Source: Phoronis australis (lineage: Eukaryota > Animalia > Phoronida). Taken from it: a stretch of 64,000 nt of DNA. The notes beneath the pieces were generated by a model. The model was not told the origin of the DNA. It was given only the letters and a program-made list of their open reading frames with translations, and ran no database searches. This document shows, one piece after another, positions 24,450 through 36,500 of the stretch. Each line of letters starts with the position of its first letter. Position 1 is the stretch's first letter. Location: NCBI GenBank assembly GCA_002633005.1, contig NMRA01000201.1, forward strand, positions 75,139-139,138, read 5' to 3'. Both the position numbers and the translations under genes were made by a program.

Positions 24450-25790
24450 ATTCAAGTAGGGTATTCAATGGCCTTTCAATCCACTGATGGCAAGTCACAT
24501 GGGTGGTATGTAAGAACACCAGATCCGGCCAGTACAGTGTGTATTATTAGCCTTCTTTCATGACATCGGGGACCAATGCGACCACAAAATGTTCCAAACT
24601 GTACTCTGTGAGACTGAATCTATTATTAAATCCAGACCCTTAACGTCGATGTCTTCATCCCCAGACGATTTGGAGCCACTCACTCCTACACATCCTCCGA
24701 CTTCAAAGAGGTTACGACTGGCTCCACCTGGTGTCTTTAGCTATGATGAGTTGTACAATCGCAAGCGATGGCGCCAAGCACAGTGTAGAGTTGTCTCTCT
24801 TTCCTTCTGATCAACCTTTACTAAAACCCTACTTTGACAACTGCAATCACTTAACCTTAACTGATGATATGCTCATGTATGACAATTCGATCGTCATACC
24901 TAAGTCCCTCCAATTGGAAGTATTGGACCAGATTCATCCAGGCCACCTTGGTATCATGCAAAGTGTGTGGTGGCCTCCAGTTAGCTCAATGATAGAAAAC
25001 ATGTGCAAACAGTGGAATGGTTAACTTGCCTGTTCTTTTCCCAGGTGACAATGTGTGGATTCGTGATCAAAACAAGTTCGGGGAGATCCAGCAGCGATTG
25101 TCCTCGCCTCGATCGTACAAAGTTCTCACAGATAATGGGACTCAGATACGTAGTAACCGAGCATTTCTCGTGAACTCTGGAACAACCGCCGAGAAACCTG
25201 TTGCCCAGTCGCCGACATTACCGACATCAGAAGTGTCATCTAGTCCTGGAAAACCTGTGTTAAGACAATCAGCCCGGGTACCAAAACCCGTGGTCAAGTT
25301 GGACTTGTGAATGGACTGTAATGAAGTTGTGTAGTTGGACTATAAGTTCATTTTAAGTTGTTGTGACATTTAAAATAAGTCAATAGTTAACTTTAGTTGA
25401 TAAACCTTTCGTGGATTGTTGTATCAACTCGGGGGAAGGTGTAGAGTTGTCTCCCCTTAAGAAACTACTGTATGCTAGTGACCCCTTTTCGATATAATAG
25501 AAACTAGTTCATCCTCCATCTTGTCTTGTCAGTATTACTACACACAGTCTACTGCAAATCAGTTTTGGTCGAGGTGGCGCAGGGAATACTTGTCTACGCT
25601 TCATGTACAGCACAAGTGGAATCGGCCTCAGCGGAATCTACAGAAAGGTGACTTGGTGCTGCTGAAAAACGACACTACAACGAGAAATGTGTGGCCCATG
25701 GGTGTGGTAGTAAACACAGAAGAGGACTTGTCCAATCTGTGAGGACCAAGTCGTCTCGCTTCCGCCGACCTGTGACTAAGTGGAGGAACA
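24450..25790 (+). mobile_element. BEL/Pao integrase and C-terminal region, interrupted by a nested Gypsy element
   Basis: GIQWPFNP..SHMGG...ESIIKSRPLT...DLEPLTP...KRWRQAQ [insertion] STANQFWSRWRREYL...KWNRPQRNLQKGDLVLL...WPMG. Confidence 0.88.
24784..25542 (+). mobile_element. Internally deleted Gypsy LTR element nested in the BEL integrase
   Basis: TGTAG...CTACA termini; 5-bp TSD CACAG (24779-83 and 25543-47); PPT GGGGGAAGG before a 103-bp 3' LTR (25440-25542); integrase motifs IVIPKSLQLEVLDQIHPGHLGI and SPRSYKV...RSNR. Confidence 0.88.
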
Positions 25791-26409
25791 TTGAGATTTT
25801 TTTTGTCATTGCACACAGACTTTATATTTGTCGGTGTAGTTAAGCATTTCTGCTTCCAGGGAAGTGTAAATGCAGACAGTGCAGCCTCTTTCTAGTTATC
25901 CTAGAGGTGGCGTTCGTGATCTCATAATGCGTCAGTTATGTATTTTAGTGTGTTGTTTTGGGATAATTCATGATTTGCTCAACCCCCCTTTCAGTGGTAT
26001 TGTTTTCATTGGTTGTGTTAAGTTGGAATACTGGCTGGGCCAATCAGATTTCTTGTATTACCCATAGTATTTAATGCCCGTACAGGCACCAGTTCTCCTG
26101 GGTTTTTCATAAGCACCAAGCTGGGTTTTTTGAGGCAAATGCTGTAAGTATGCATTTAGTTACCCTTTAACCTTTCATGCAGACTGGACTATTGTGTGTG
26201 TTGACCTAGATTTGCTAGTAGACATTAGCTATACAATATATGCAAGGTGTAACAATATCATACTGGTATAGTTAAGTCAGTCCACATAACTTAAGACTGT
26301 TTTTTGTGACATTTCAGATAACCAATACGATACGATCACCGATGCAACCAAACGATGAACGAAATAAAGTTATTGAGTTGTAGATGCCTCATTTTTACTT
26401 ATTGCCGCA

Positions 26410-27462
26410 ACCTTGAAAGCAGCAACAGTGAATGGGCAACACCGATTGTGGATATTCCCAAATCTGGTAATCATGCAAGAATTTGCGGTGAATTAAGGTT
26501 ACTGTGAATCCGATACTGGAAATCAACTAGTACCCATTACCACGCATAGATATCTTTGCCAATCTGGCAGGAAAGAATCGCTTCACCAAGTTGGACTTAC
26601 GTAACACATACCTGCAAATGGAGGTTGAAGGAGAAAATTCGACATTTCCTGACTGTAAATACAGGAATTTGACAACATACACCCGATTGGTCTACAGGAA
26701 AGCATCTGCTCCATCAATTTGGCAACGCTCGGTTGAACAGGTGTTGCAAAGAATACCATGGAGTGCAAAGTACATTGAACAATATCATTAACACTGGGAA
26801 ATCCAACAAGGAACACTTACGGAACCTAAAGGCAGTTCTGGACAGACTGCGCGAGTACGGTTTGAAAGCTAATACGGAGAAATGCAATAGTTTTAAAGAA
26901 ATTAACAGAAAAAAATATTGCAGTCACACTGCTGACAAAGACAGTCTGCACAAAACTTCAGAGAAAGTAACCGCCATCAACAATCTGGAACCTACAAATG
27001 TGAAACAACTGATATGGTTTCTCGGACTTCCTCATGACCATCTTGAAACCACTGCATATTTTGTTGCAAAAAGATGCAAAGTGGATTTGGTCAGAACAAT
27101 GCAAAAGTTCATTCGCAAAACATAAAACAAATCATGAGCCCGGATCAAGTACTGATGCATTACCATCTGACGCTGCCGATAAACTTGTCGCGTGACCCGT
27201 GACCTCATGGACTGGGATGTGCATTGTTCCCAAATGCCACCGTCAGGGGAGGAGAAACCTATGACGTTTGCTTTGAGATCGCTTAATAAAGACGAGAAAA
27301 ATAGATAAAGAAGCGTTAGGGATAGTCTGGGGAATTAAGCGATCGTATGCTTATTTCTACTGGAGACACTTCACGCTGGTCACTGACCACTTACCACTGC
27401 TTTCCATATTTTCACTGCGCAAGGGAATCCTGGTGCCTACAGCAGCCAGACTGCAACACTAG
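26410..27462 (+). mobile_element. Gypsy RT-RNase H fragment, degenerate
   Basis: SEWATPIV, YPLPRI, FTKLDLRNTYLQM, SAPSIWQR, EHLRNLKAVLDRLREYGLKAN, DKEALGIVWGIK, FTLVTDHLPLLSIF, AARLQ. Confidence 0.9.
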
Positions 27463-27495
27463 GTATATATGTGTAACGCCTAAAGTTAAAGAAAG

Positions 27496-27610
27496 ATGTC
27501 AAGCAAAGAAATAGCTGCCCTCAAAAAGGCTAGAAGTGGCTTTAACACAGCGTTAACAAAAGTGTCACAGGAACTCAGTCTCATGAAGTCATTAAGTCAG
27601 AACAGAAACA
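27496..27610 (+). mobile_element. Possible BEL gag N-terminal fragment
   Basis: MSSKEIAALKKARSGFNTALTKV resembles BEL gag N-termini; short. Confidence 0.3.
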
Positions 27611-28403
27611 ACCGGGCATACAGGCTCAGCAGACATTTTGGTATTCACGACACTTGGCAAGAGAACGTCACACTGACAAAGACCTCAGACAAAACATGGA
27701 GGTCGAAAATTTCTGTGGTTAATATTCTTTACTTTGCTGTGTTTTCCAAATAGCCAACCTTTAGTACTCAGAAAGCTGTGTGGGAAAGGAAGGAGAAGAT
27801 CAAATGAAATGTGAGACAGCCATGTCTATTAAATGACAGGTGTTCTAACTGCTTGTATAGGTTTCAATTGTCCCACATACAGTATAGTACCCTTGCTAAT
27901 ATGCCACATCATCTAAGGCGCCACCTATTGGTCAGGCACATCATAATCTTAGCAGTCAAGCTGAAACCAACGGGATGCAGGGGAAACGTTTTTAAATGGG
28001 AATTAACAGTTCCAGTATTCATTTAAATTTTTTCCTTCATTGCAAATATAGAGAGAATATTCATGTACCTCCATTTCAAATTGGTCTTGACTTGTTCCTT
28101 ACTCAGACTAGAAATGCACTTGGAAGGAATTGACACTTTCTTAGTACTTGTGGCCATGCTCAGCACATCAAACAACCTGTCCAATCAAATCAATTCATTG
28201 GACTTTGTCTCGAGCAATGACAAACTGTCAGCTCTTCTTAAGCCGGTAAATCACTTTCAATGAGCTTGAACAAATTCTAGCAGATAACTACAGACCAATT
28301 TTGTAACAGTGAGTGGTATAAATTACAAAAAAAAAATTTTTTTACAGGAGGCAGGCTCTTAGCAGTTTGAAATGTTGAATGAATCATAACACTAACTGTG
28401 ACA

Positions 28404-28630
28404 TCACTTCTCCTTCTCACCAAAACATCTCAAGTCGTCTTTACCATGACCAAAACTACAAACAGCGACATCTAAAGGGCAACCGTCAGGATGACGCTCG
28501 TGAAACCAGCACAGTTTAGTTTTGTGAAATTTCTCGACGTCAGTTGTTTTCTGTCTCTTGGGCTTCCTGATGATATTGCCTGGAGTCTCCCTCTCCGACC
28601 AGTCCCTAAGTTGAACAGTTCCGCTCACCA
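28404..28630 (-). CDS. TRMT44: TRMT44 last coding exon (CCCH zinc finger)
   Basis: VSGTVQLRDW...KTKLCWFHERHPDGCPLDVAVCSFGHG...stop. Confidence 0.92.
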
Positions 28631-31600
28631 CTGGAATAGACAATTCTTGAATAGTTCTAATTTTAGCTACTTACATTGAAGGAATACTAAATAATGTTTT
28701 GGCCAAGTTTTTCCAAATTACTTCCGTAACCCACTTTTGGATACAGGGCCAATGACAAAACAGAGGAAAATTTTCCAGGTGACATATCGTTCCACAAGAA
28801 ATATTACTCACCCAAAACATTAGTCACACTGGCCGATTTAGCATGTTAAGGAATTGTTCAAATTGAACCAAACATTAAAGGAGTGGTCAAGGTTTATAGT
28901 ATGTTGCTTCGTTTCAAAGAATTGAAATGGCTATAAACCCCTCTTTTATCACAAAAACCAATTTTTTGATTTAGACCACTTACCATTATGAAATTGGTCT
29001 CAAATCGTTCCTTTAGTCAAATTGGAGAAAGAACGGAAGTTGATTATTTGCTTGAGACCAGGCTCCACCTGTTGGCTTTTCATAGCATCTTTGCATGCAC
29101 TGAATAAATTCACATCAAATAATGGAACGTTGGCTCTTCGCAAACCCCAAAACCCAGTTATTATTGGAGTAAAGGGCAAGTTAAGACCGACTTTATAGTG
29201 GTTAGTGGTCTTAATCACAAGTTTGCTTCTTGGGTGGAACATGGTTTTATAGCTGCTTTGCATCAAAATAGATTCACAATAATTCTCCATTTATTTCTCA
29301 CACTATTACCTCATTTCAAAATTATTTGGAAAAATGATATTTTATCCTCAACTTAATTTCAAACAAGGCTACTTGGTGGGAATTTTTTTGACTAACTTAA
29401 TTCACACACGGTCAGTATTGCACTTTGGAAAATGTCAACCAAAATCCCTAACATAAATCCTAGTAATACACGCCTCTTTTAACTCAATAAGGTCTAAACA
29501 GTGTGTATTCACAACTTAATTTATCCACTTACACACCTCACACTGAAGTAAATATGAAATGACAGGGGTGACCTAGAAAAGTGTCGTGTTACTCAAGACT
29601 CATAAGATCAAAAGAAGGTTTCACCAATCTTGGGCTGAACTACGTCTACATTAAAAGTAAATAAACCCAATTCCTGCTGACTGGATCATGATGGCAGCCC
29701 ATAGGCCGCATTTAATTACATTTGCACACCTTGACTAACAGGTAAATATAATTAATTCACTTAGTGCGAAATAAGTAGAGAATTACGGTAATATCTTTAC
29801 CAGCACGGAACCAGCTTAATTCCAGCCATGTTGTTTGTGGTGTGCAAAATGGCGACTATGTTAACTTTAACTTACAGAGTTCAGTCTTTAGCAACAATTC
29901 ACTATTTGTCCGTTCATTCCATGCTCACAAACCACCTTCAATCCAGGTACGGCACAAGTGGAGACAAACGTTTTGCTCATAATGGTTTAATTATAAAGCC
30001 AGTTTTTATTTGACATCAAAAAAACAATTAAGCTAGTACATGACAGCTTTTAGCAAATGGAAGGTAAAAATATGTTGAATCCACCTGAGTGAAGGTGCGG
30101 TGCCACAAATGCTCAAAAACAAAATCAGAATTGCCAATAAACAAGAAAGACACATTCCAAGCAGTTACATAATTGTTGAACAATAAACATGGCAGATTTC
30201 TGACGAGAGTTACCTCGAAAGACATGATGATTATTCCGGAGTAATGTCTGTAACCCTCCACACTCTTGTTTCAACTGCTGAAGTGTGCTTTTATCAAATA
30301 GTTCCGCCACCTGGGATAGTGTTAATCGACCTAGATGTACAAGACACCTGGCTGAGCAAGGTTATCGCCAATGAGGCAAAAATCATTCAATGAAAATTAA
30401 TGCAAAGCATTATAAAACAAACCAATGAAGCTAGTTGACTAATTAGTTGAAGACATGAATGAACTTTACAAAGGCACTTTCAACATGCTGCTAACACCAA
30501 TTAACACTTTCAATACGTTATTATTTCAAATGTCATTGAATTTTTATCATGGAAATGAACAAATGATAAAAAGTTATGCAGGGTTTCAGGTAACGTTGTA
30601 AGAGTTCACAGTAATGTCAAGTTTAGGATATACCATAAAATTCACAGTGTCTTAATACAATGTCACATAAAACTCAGAGACGCCAATTATTGTCATTTAG
30701 ATAATAGTTTTCCAGATACTAGGTAAAACAGGTTGTATTTTGAAAGAATTGGGTCACACTGACCACAGTTCTTCTATGCCCCACCAGAATTATATTCAGT
30801 AGCAGTGTTACACCTTACCTCCAGGATTCCAACTCCGCCCATCAGCTAACCGTTTGGGTGCCCCATTTTCCGCAGTTAGTAACGACTGCACAACTGTATC
30901 AATGATTTTCTCGCGCACGTCCTTACTGACTCGAGTACAGTTTCTCACTCGTTCCTCAGATTCCCTAGGCACAAACACTCCTGCCCATGACGATGATGAC
31001 GCCTCACTTTCTATACAAGCAGCACTGGATGTCTGAGTTCGACTAGATATAAATGACGTGATCATCTTGTTGACATGCTGCCAATCGTTCTCCTCATAGT
31101 TACGGGCTCTGCCCACAAAACAAACCTGGGTGGAAGGAAATTTTCCATCAAATGAAGACATGCAGGTAGATAAATAGGTCATAAATGTTCACATACGCCA
31201 TTTTGTGTTTCATAAATTCTTTAAGCCACCAACTTCCACCAGCCTAATTCATGTGGTAATACACCACTCACTTGCCTGAAGCTTATTGGCCAACAACATC
31301 ACATGATCAGCTCTCCTTCCTACATGGAAGCTTATTGCCGTTGCATGATTGTACCTTTAGTACTGAAAACTTTGTTGATCAAGGTGTTGTTGCCCACATA
31401 AACTTTTCTCAAATATGTACCCTGGGCATAATTTCAGACACTCTTTACTGGGCATATATATGACAGGACTTACATATAGAAATCTCTACTATGGGAAATT
31501 GTACATATCATTGGACCAGTAACAAACTTAACGTGACCAATCGAAGAGAACCAAGCAGCTGAAACATGGATTGGAGATGTGTCAGAAATGCAACCAAACC

Positions 31601-34600
31601 CTCACCCTCTTTGTGGAGGGGATCCTCAGTGTATCCTCTTCCATCTTGAACCCACACACCTCCCCGATCTCTCTCACATAGTCCAAGTAGGTCCTGTATT
31701 GACTGGTCTTGGCACTCCGTCTGCTGAACTTACAGTTGAAGTCATGATGACAACAGGGTAAGACAAAGAAGTTGGTCTTCATGGACGACCTGGTAACACA
31801 TGAATGAACTTGTGACATGGCTTCAGCCAGTGACTAGTGACTTCATTCCAAAATAGTCCGGAGACCACTAACTAACGTGATTGGGCAATTTCGGTGATCT
31901 CAAGCCTTAACTTTGCTGAATTCTTGCTTTTTAACCTTTTTGATTTTGTTTTGAATTGTTTGAAATTAAATCTAAACAAGATTTCAACCAACTTATTCGC
32001 CTAACTTGGATCCACCAATGTTAAGAATGAAACTGCTGTGCTACATATTGGTTCAAAGCATTTCATGAGCACTGATTAGAAAATTCCCAATGGGGTGTAT
32101 ATTCATGTGATATTAAATAGTGCACTAGCTTCAGCAGGTTCAAGTTTTCTCAGACTTCTCTCATGCACTCAAAATAACACATGCTGTTGTACAGGCACAC
32201 AATATAATCGTTGCTCGATATTCTTTGTGAGAACAAAAAAACATTAAATACATAACATACGTTAAGCCTGTATCTTCAATTGAAACATCCGTCATCGTCA
32301 TTGACTAACACAAAAAACATACTGCAAGGTGAGAAAAATGCAACTGGCAGAGCCCCCTATACAAGAATGTGTGTCTTACAGAGAGTATGAAAGGACTATG
32401 AGAAAGGTTAAATCCGCACACCCCGCTAGTGTTACAGTAGTGTTTAATACCACTTGCTTAAACGAAAGTTTGCTGCCATCATACTCAAATGGCTAGTACA
32501 TGTATCTCAACGTTTCAGACCAGTGGCAGGACAATGTTACTTGTGAATTAAACTTAATCAATTCAAATGTGACAGATTGCTGGCAGTTTTGGTCAAATAT
32601 ATTCAAGCGAAAACAAAATCTCTCCAAGACCAACATGCATATTTTGTCAAAGACTTCAGAGTTATTTTATGAATTATGAGAAAACAATGCACATTATAGT
32701 GATTGGATCAATAAACCAATTTATATCAAGGAATGCATAAGCATATTTGGCGGGGACCAGTTGCCATCCCTCGAAATTCAGGCAAGTTAAGAAAGAAAAA
32801 GGGCATATCAAAAAAAATCAAGCACATAGAAGAAAAACTGCCAACAAAACATAAAAGTTCAAATTACGTTAAATGAAACAATCATACTTTTCCAATACAT
32901 GTTTACATTTCTGTCACACACACAATTCCGTATGCCCAGTAAATGTTGCCATATACTATCAAGAGAGCAAACAGAAACTAACTACCTTCAAAGACCTGAA
33001 ATTTCCCAGCGCCTCACATGACATAACAGAAAAAAGAATCTAATACATGTTAAAATTTGTTACAAGACTACGTAAAATTGTTGAAATTACAAACAAAACT
33101 TTCCAAATCTCAAAAAATAATTTGTCTCATGTCCTACATGATTGTAATAAACTACCTTGCAGCAATGACTGGTATCCAAGGTGTCAGTTCATCACTATGG
33201 TTACCAATCAACCAGTCAAATTCAGGGAAGAGACTCTCATCAGACGGTGTGATGGACCTCTCCTGTCAAATTGATAAAACATATTAATCTTTTAAAAACA
33301 AAAGTACTACAACAAATCCAATGGCATATAAAACCAATCAACATTTGCATCCTAACAGTGGTAAAAATTCTCCAGTTTGGTTCAGTATCTAAAATTTGGG
33401 ACACTGAAATTCAAGTCGAAATTGCATTTTCTTGATTCTGAAGATTGGGACATGTGCGATTTTGCCATTCAATATATTCCTTAAATTTGGGACACTGAAA
33501 AAAGATTTGGCATTTTATAAAATTGTCAAAAACAGCAGCAGACACGTTTTCATGTAGCCCGTGGTGTTTAATATCGAGGCAAATGATCATTTGTCATACA
33601 AGGTCCGACTTTGAGAAAAACAATTAATTTTTCACTATCCCAAACTGGAGAGTTTTTACAGTGACAGTAGCATTATTGGTAATACACGTAAAAATATTAA
33701 CACTTACCTGAAGGACTGTGTTGGAACCATACATATCCCATATATTTCTTTTCCGCACGTCTAATCCTAAACCCTTATGCTGCAAAATAAAGTGACCGTG
33801 CGTTTGGTTCAGGAACAAAAGAAGGTGACGCTCAGGCACATAAAGCCACACACATACACTGTAGACATAGTGATCCACCTTGGAGATTTAAATCTACAGC
33901 AGTAATGTCTTTTTTAAATGCATTAAGGGACATTTGTCAGCTCGTAAACATCCAATGACATCGCAGATAACTTGGTGGCATGTCAACAATATGTAGGAAA
34001 CTACACACTTGTCATGAGAGTGCACCAGAAATGAAAACATCGATCCACTGGATTATGCTCTTTGACGTGAGCATGACGAGCAACCATCGTACAAAAATAA
34101 AAGGTTGAAAGTGAGCATCAACATGCAGTGTGTAAATACATAGACAAGCAAATCTTTTTTGTCAAAGATTCTCCAGGAACGCACTGTCCCATCAAACTGA
34201 AGTTAAAACTCTCCACCTAAAACCCAAACAATATAAGTTAGATTACACATTCGCAAGTTATCTGTACTGTCACTGGAGGTTTACAAATCAACAACTATCC
34301 CACAATGCACTTGAAAAACGATAGCAGAGCCGTAGATGAATTGTCCATTGAAAGTCCAAAGTAACCGACAGTAACTACCAATACTCAGAACATAAGGACT
34401 CCATAATGATGGTTGTAGAGCCAGTGGACAATACGTATTTTCGAAAAGTGTCTTTTCAGGACTAGTTTTCAACTTACCCCTTCTGAACTTAGAATATACA
34501 CCAGCAGTCCGTTACCACAGCCGAGGTCAACAAATCGTTGACTGGATGACCCTTGACCTTCCCACAAGAGCTGAAAATGAAAGTACATGGCTGAGGCACA

Positions 34601-36500
34601 TGTCTTTCGATTTAAAAAGATTTTTGAGAGAAATTAAAATACACAGGTCTGCTTCCAAGCTACTAGGGTAATCCTTAGTCTATTTAAAACACAACATGAC
34701 AGACAAGGGAGATTTTATTTGAACAGATGTTCCACAAAAGTTTAGCATAAGAAATTTTTAGTCTACTAGAACCTTGGTTTACACTGCGTAAATGCAATAA
34801 AACAATGTATCCTTCATTTGCAGCAAGGTGAACAGTCTTAGAAAAATGACAGTTTTGGGCAAAGTAATGAAGAATTAACTGTTTACGCATCAACATGTGT
34901 ACAGAGACAACAACTGTATTGCCAAATTACAAGTTATTTAGGACACACTACTCAGAGGAGAAAAAGGAAAATTCAGGTAAAGATTCTTTTGCTATTTGAC
35001 GTGTACTTACTAACAGATAAGTTGCAATGGCAACATCTTCGTAGACAAACTTCTGCGGATCTGTTTTCTCGGGCCAAATCTGAAAGATTGCAAGAAACAA
35101 ATAAGAGTAGACTAAGGAACAAAACATTCAAGGAAAATGTGATAGAACTGGCAAAGGTAGACTAAAGCTGTAAAAATTTCACCTACATTTTTCACATTTT
35201 GATCGAAACATTTTGAAAAAGGACAGGTCTTTACAGCTTCGATTCTACTTCACTATCAATGGTGAGAAATGTTAATCAGCTATCCTTTCCTTTGTTTTCA
35301 TCAATTTAGAACACAGAACACAGAAACATTGGTTACATAACGTCTCAAAAGAGCACCATTCGGAATTGCTTTTGACCAAGATTATTTGCACTTTATAACT
35401 ACTTTGAATTGAAGTTTTACTCCTCTCACGCACTTCTGCAGACTAATGTACCTCCACAAGCTTTCTACCATACTTGATCTTGAGCAGTTGATACCTCTCA
35501 CTGTATTTGTCAATGGGAACCAGTCTCAATGACTGTGTCAGCGACGACATTTTCTCTTTACTCCACTTGATGATTTTAGGCAAAAGCTGATCAAAAAGCC
35601 ATGTCGGACTAATGCAAAGAGAGGAGGGCTCTATGATGCGAGGATCAGTGAGCAATTGAAGTTGGATCCTGTGTACAAAACATGAATGAATTACTTCATA
35701 ATGTTGCTAAGACTATGCAATTTTACTATGTATTAACATTCTTGGGAACAAGACGAACCTGATTGCAAGTGGGCTTAGAAATAAAAAGTCGGTTTATGAC
35801 TGAAAGTGTAGGTTGATCGCCCCTTTAAGAAAGAAATATTGTTAAAAGTATAAACTGTAAACCACACTGACAGCAAACAAATAAGGTAGCAGTAAATTAC
35901 ACATCAAGGGCAAAAGCCTGTTTACAGCCTAAAATAAACCATGCTCAAAGAAGACAAAGCTACACACCTGCCACCTGCAGTAACATCCTCTAAATACTCA
36001 ATCAAATAGATTAACTCCTGACATGGTGATGATGACACGTCTTTACATGTCGACAAGTTCACAACCGGAATGAACAGAACACAGTGACACGTCTTGTCCA
36101 CTATGACTAATTCCCTGACCGTGCACTGTTTGTCCAACTGCTTTGGCAGGAGATCTCGTAGATACACAGAACCTTCACAGCCACAGTTAGCAACAACACA
36201 ATTCTGCACATCTTCCGAAGTATCACTGTTCTTGGCCCACGTGTCACTCAGAAAAGACGAGACAAAACCTGTTTCGAAATCCCCCTCAGAAATCTTTTTT
36301 AGAAGTTTGCCTTTGAACCTGTCTATATTTTGTATGAAGGAACGGACGCACTGGAAATTGTGCAGATCCTCATTGAGAAGTACTTTAGCACCACACATTC
36401 GCCTATTGACGACATGGGGCTTGTTAATCCAGACAGTCACAGCATCAATGAACTGTTCTGACGTTCCACTTGTAGCAGCAGAAACTGTTTTCTCAGTCAT
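28404..36500 (-). CDS. TRMT44: tRNA (uracil-O(2)-)-methyltransferase, ~641 aa; complement join(35968..36500,35452..35668,35011..35079,34478..34570,33708..33779,33156..33262,31606..31789,30819..31125,30214..30330,28404..28630)
   Basis: Ten exons with GT-AG introns and matching phases, 1926 nt in total. Motifs: WINKPHVVNRR, WPEKTDPQKFVYEDVAIATYLL, FVDLGCGNGLLVYIL, DWLIGNHSDELTPWIP, FFVLPCC, LRIPSTKR, ECGGLQTLLRN, and the C-terminal CCCH finger KTKLCWFH..HPDGCP....CSFGHG. Confidence 0.95.
30214..30330 (-). CDS. TRMT44: TRMT44 exon 9
   Basis: RLTLSQVAELFDKSTLQQLKQECGGLQTLLRNNHHVFR. Confidence 0.9.
30819..31125 (-). CDS. TRMT44: TRMT44 exon 8
   Basis: VCFVGRAR...FVPRESEERVRNCT...SWNPG. Confidence 0.9.
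31606..31789 (-). CDS. TRMT44: TRMT44 exon 7
   Basis: FFVLPCCHHDF...SQYRTYLDYV...LRIPSTKR. Confidence 0.92.
33156..33262 (-). CDS. TRMT44: TRMT44 exon 6
   Basis: ERSITPSDESLFPEFDWLIGNHSDELTPWIPVIAA. Confidence 0.92.
33708..33779 (-). CDS. TRMT44: TRMT44 exon 5
   Basis: HKGLGLDVRKRNIWDMYGSNTVLQ. Confidence 0.92.
34478..34570 (-). CDS. TRMT44: TRMT44 exon 4 (SAM-binding motif)
   Basis: LLWEGQGSSSQRFVDLGCGNGLLVYILSSEG. Confidence 0.92.
35011..35079 (-). CDS. TRMT44: TRMT44 exon 3
   Basis: IWPEKTDPQKFVYEDVAIATYLL. Confidence 0.92.
35452..35668 (-). CDS. TRMT44: TRMT44 exon 2
   Basis: WLFDQLLPKIIKWS...SLRLVPIDKYSERYQLLKIKYGRKLVE. Confidence 0.9.
35968..36500 (-). CDS. TRMT44: TRMT44 first coding exon
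   Basis: MTEKT...FIDAVTVWINKPHVVNRRMCG...RDLLPKQ; donor at 35967. Confidence 0.85.
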
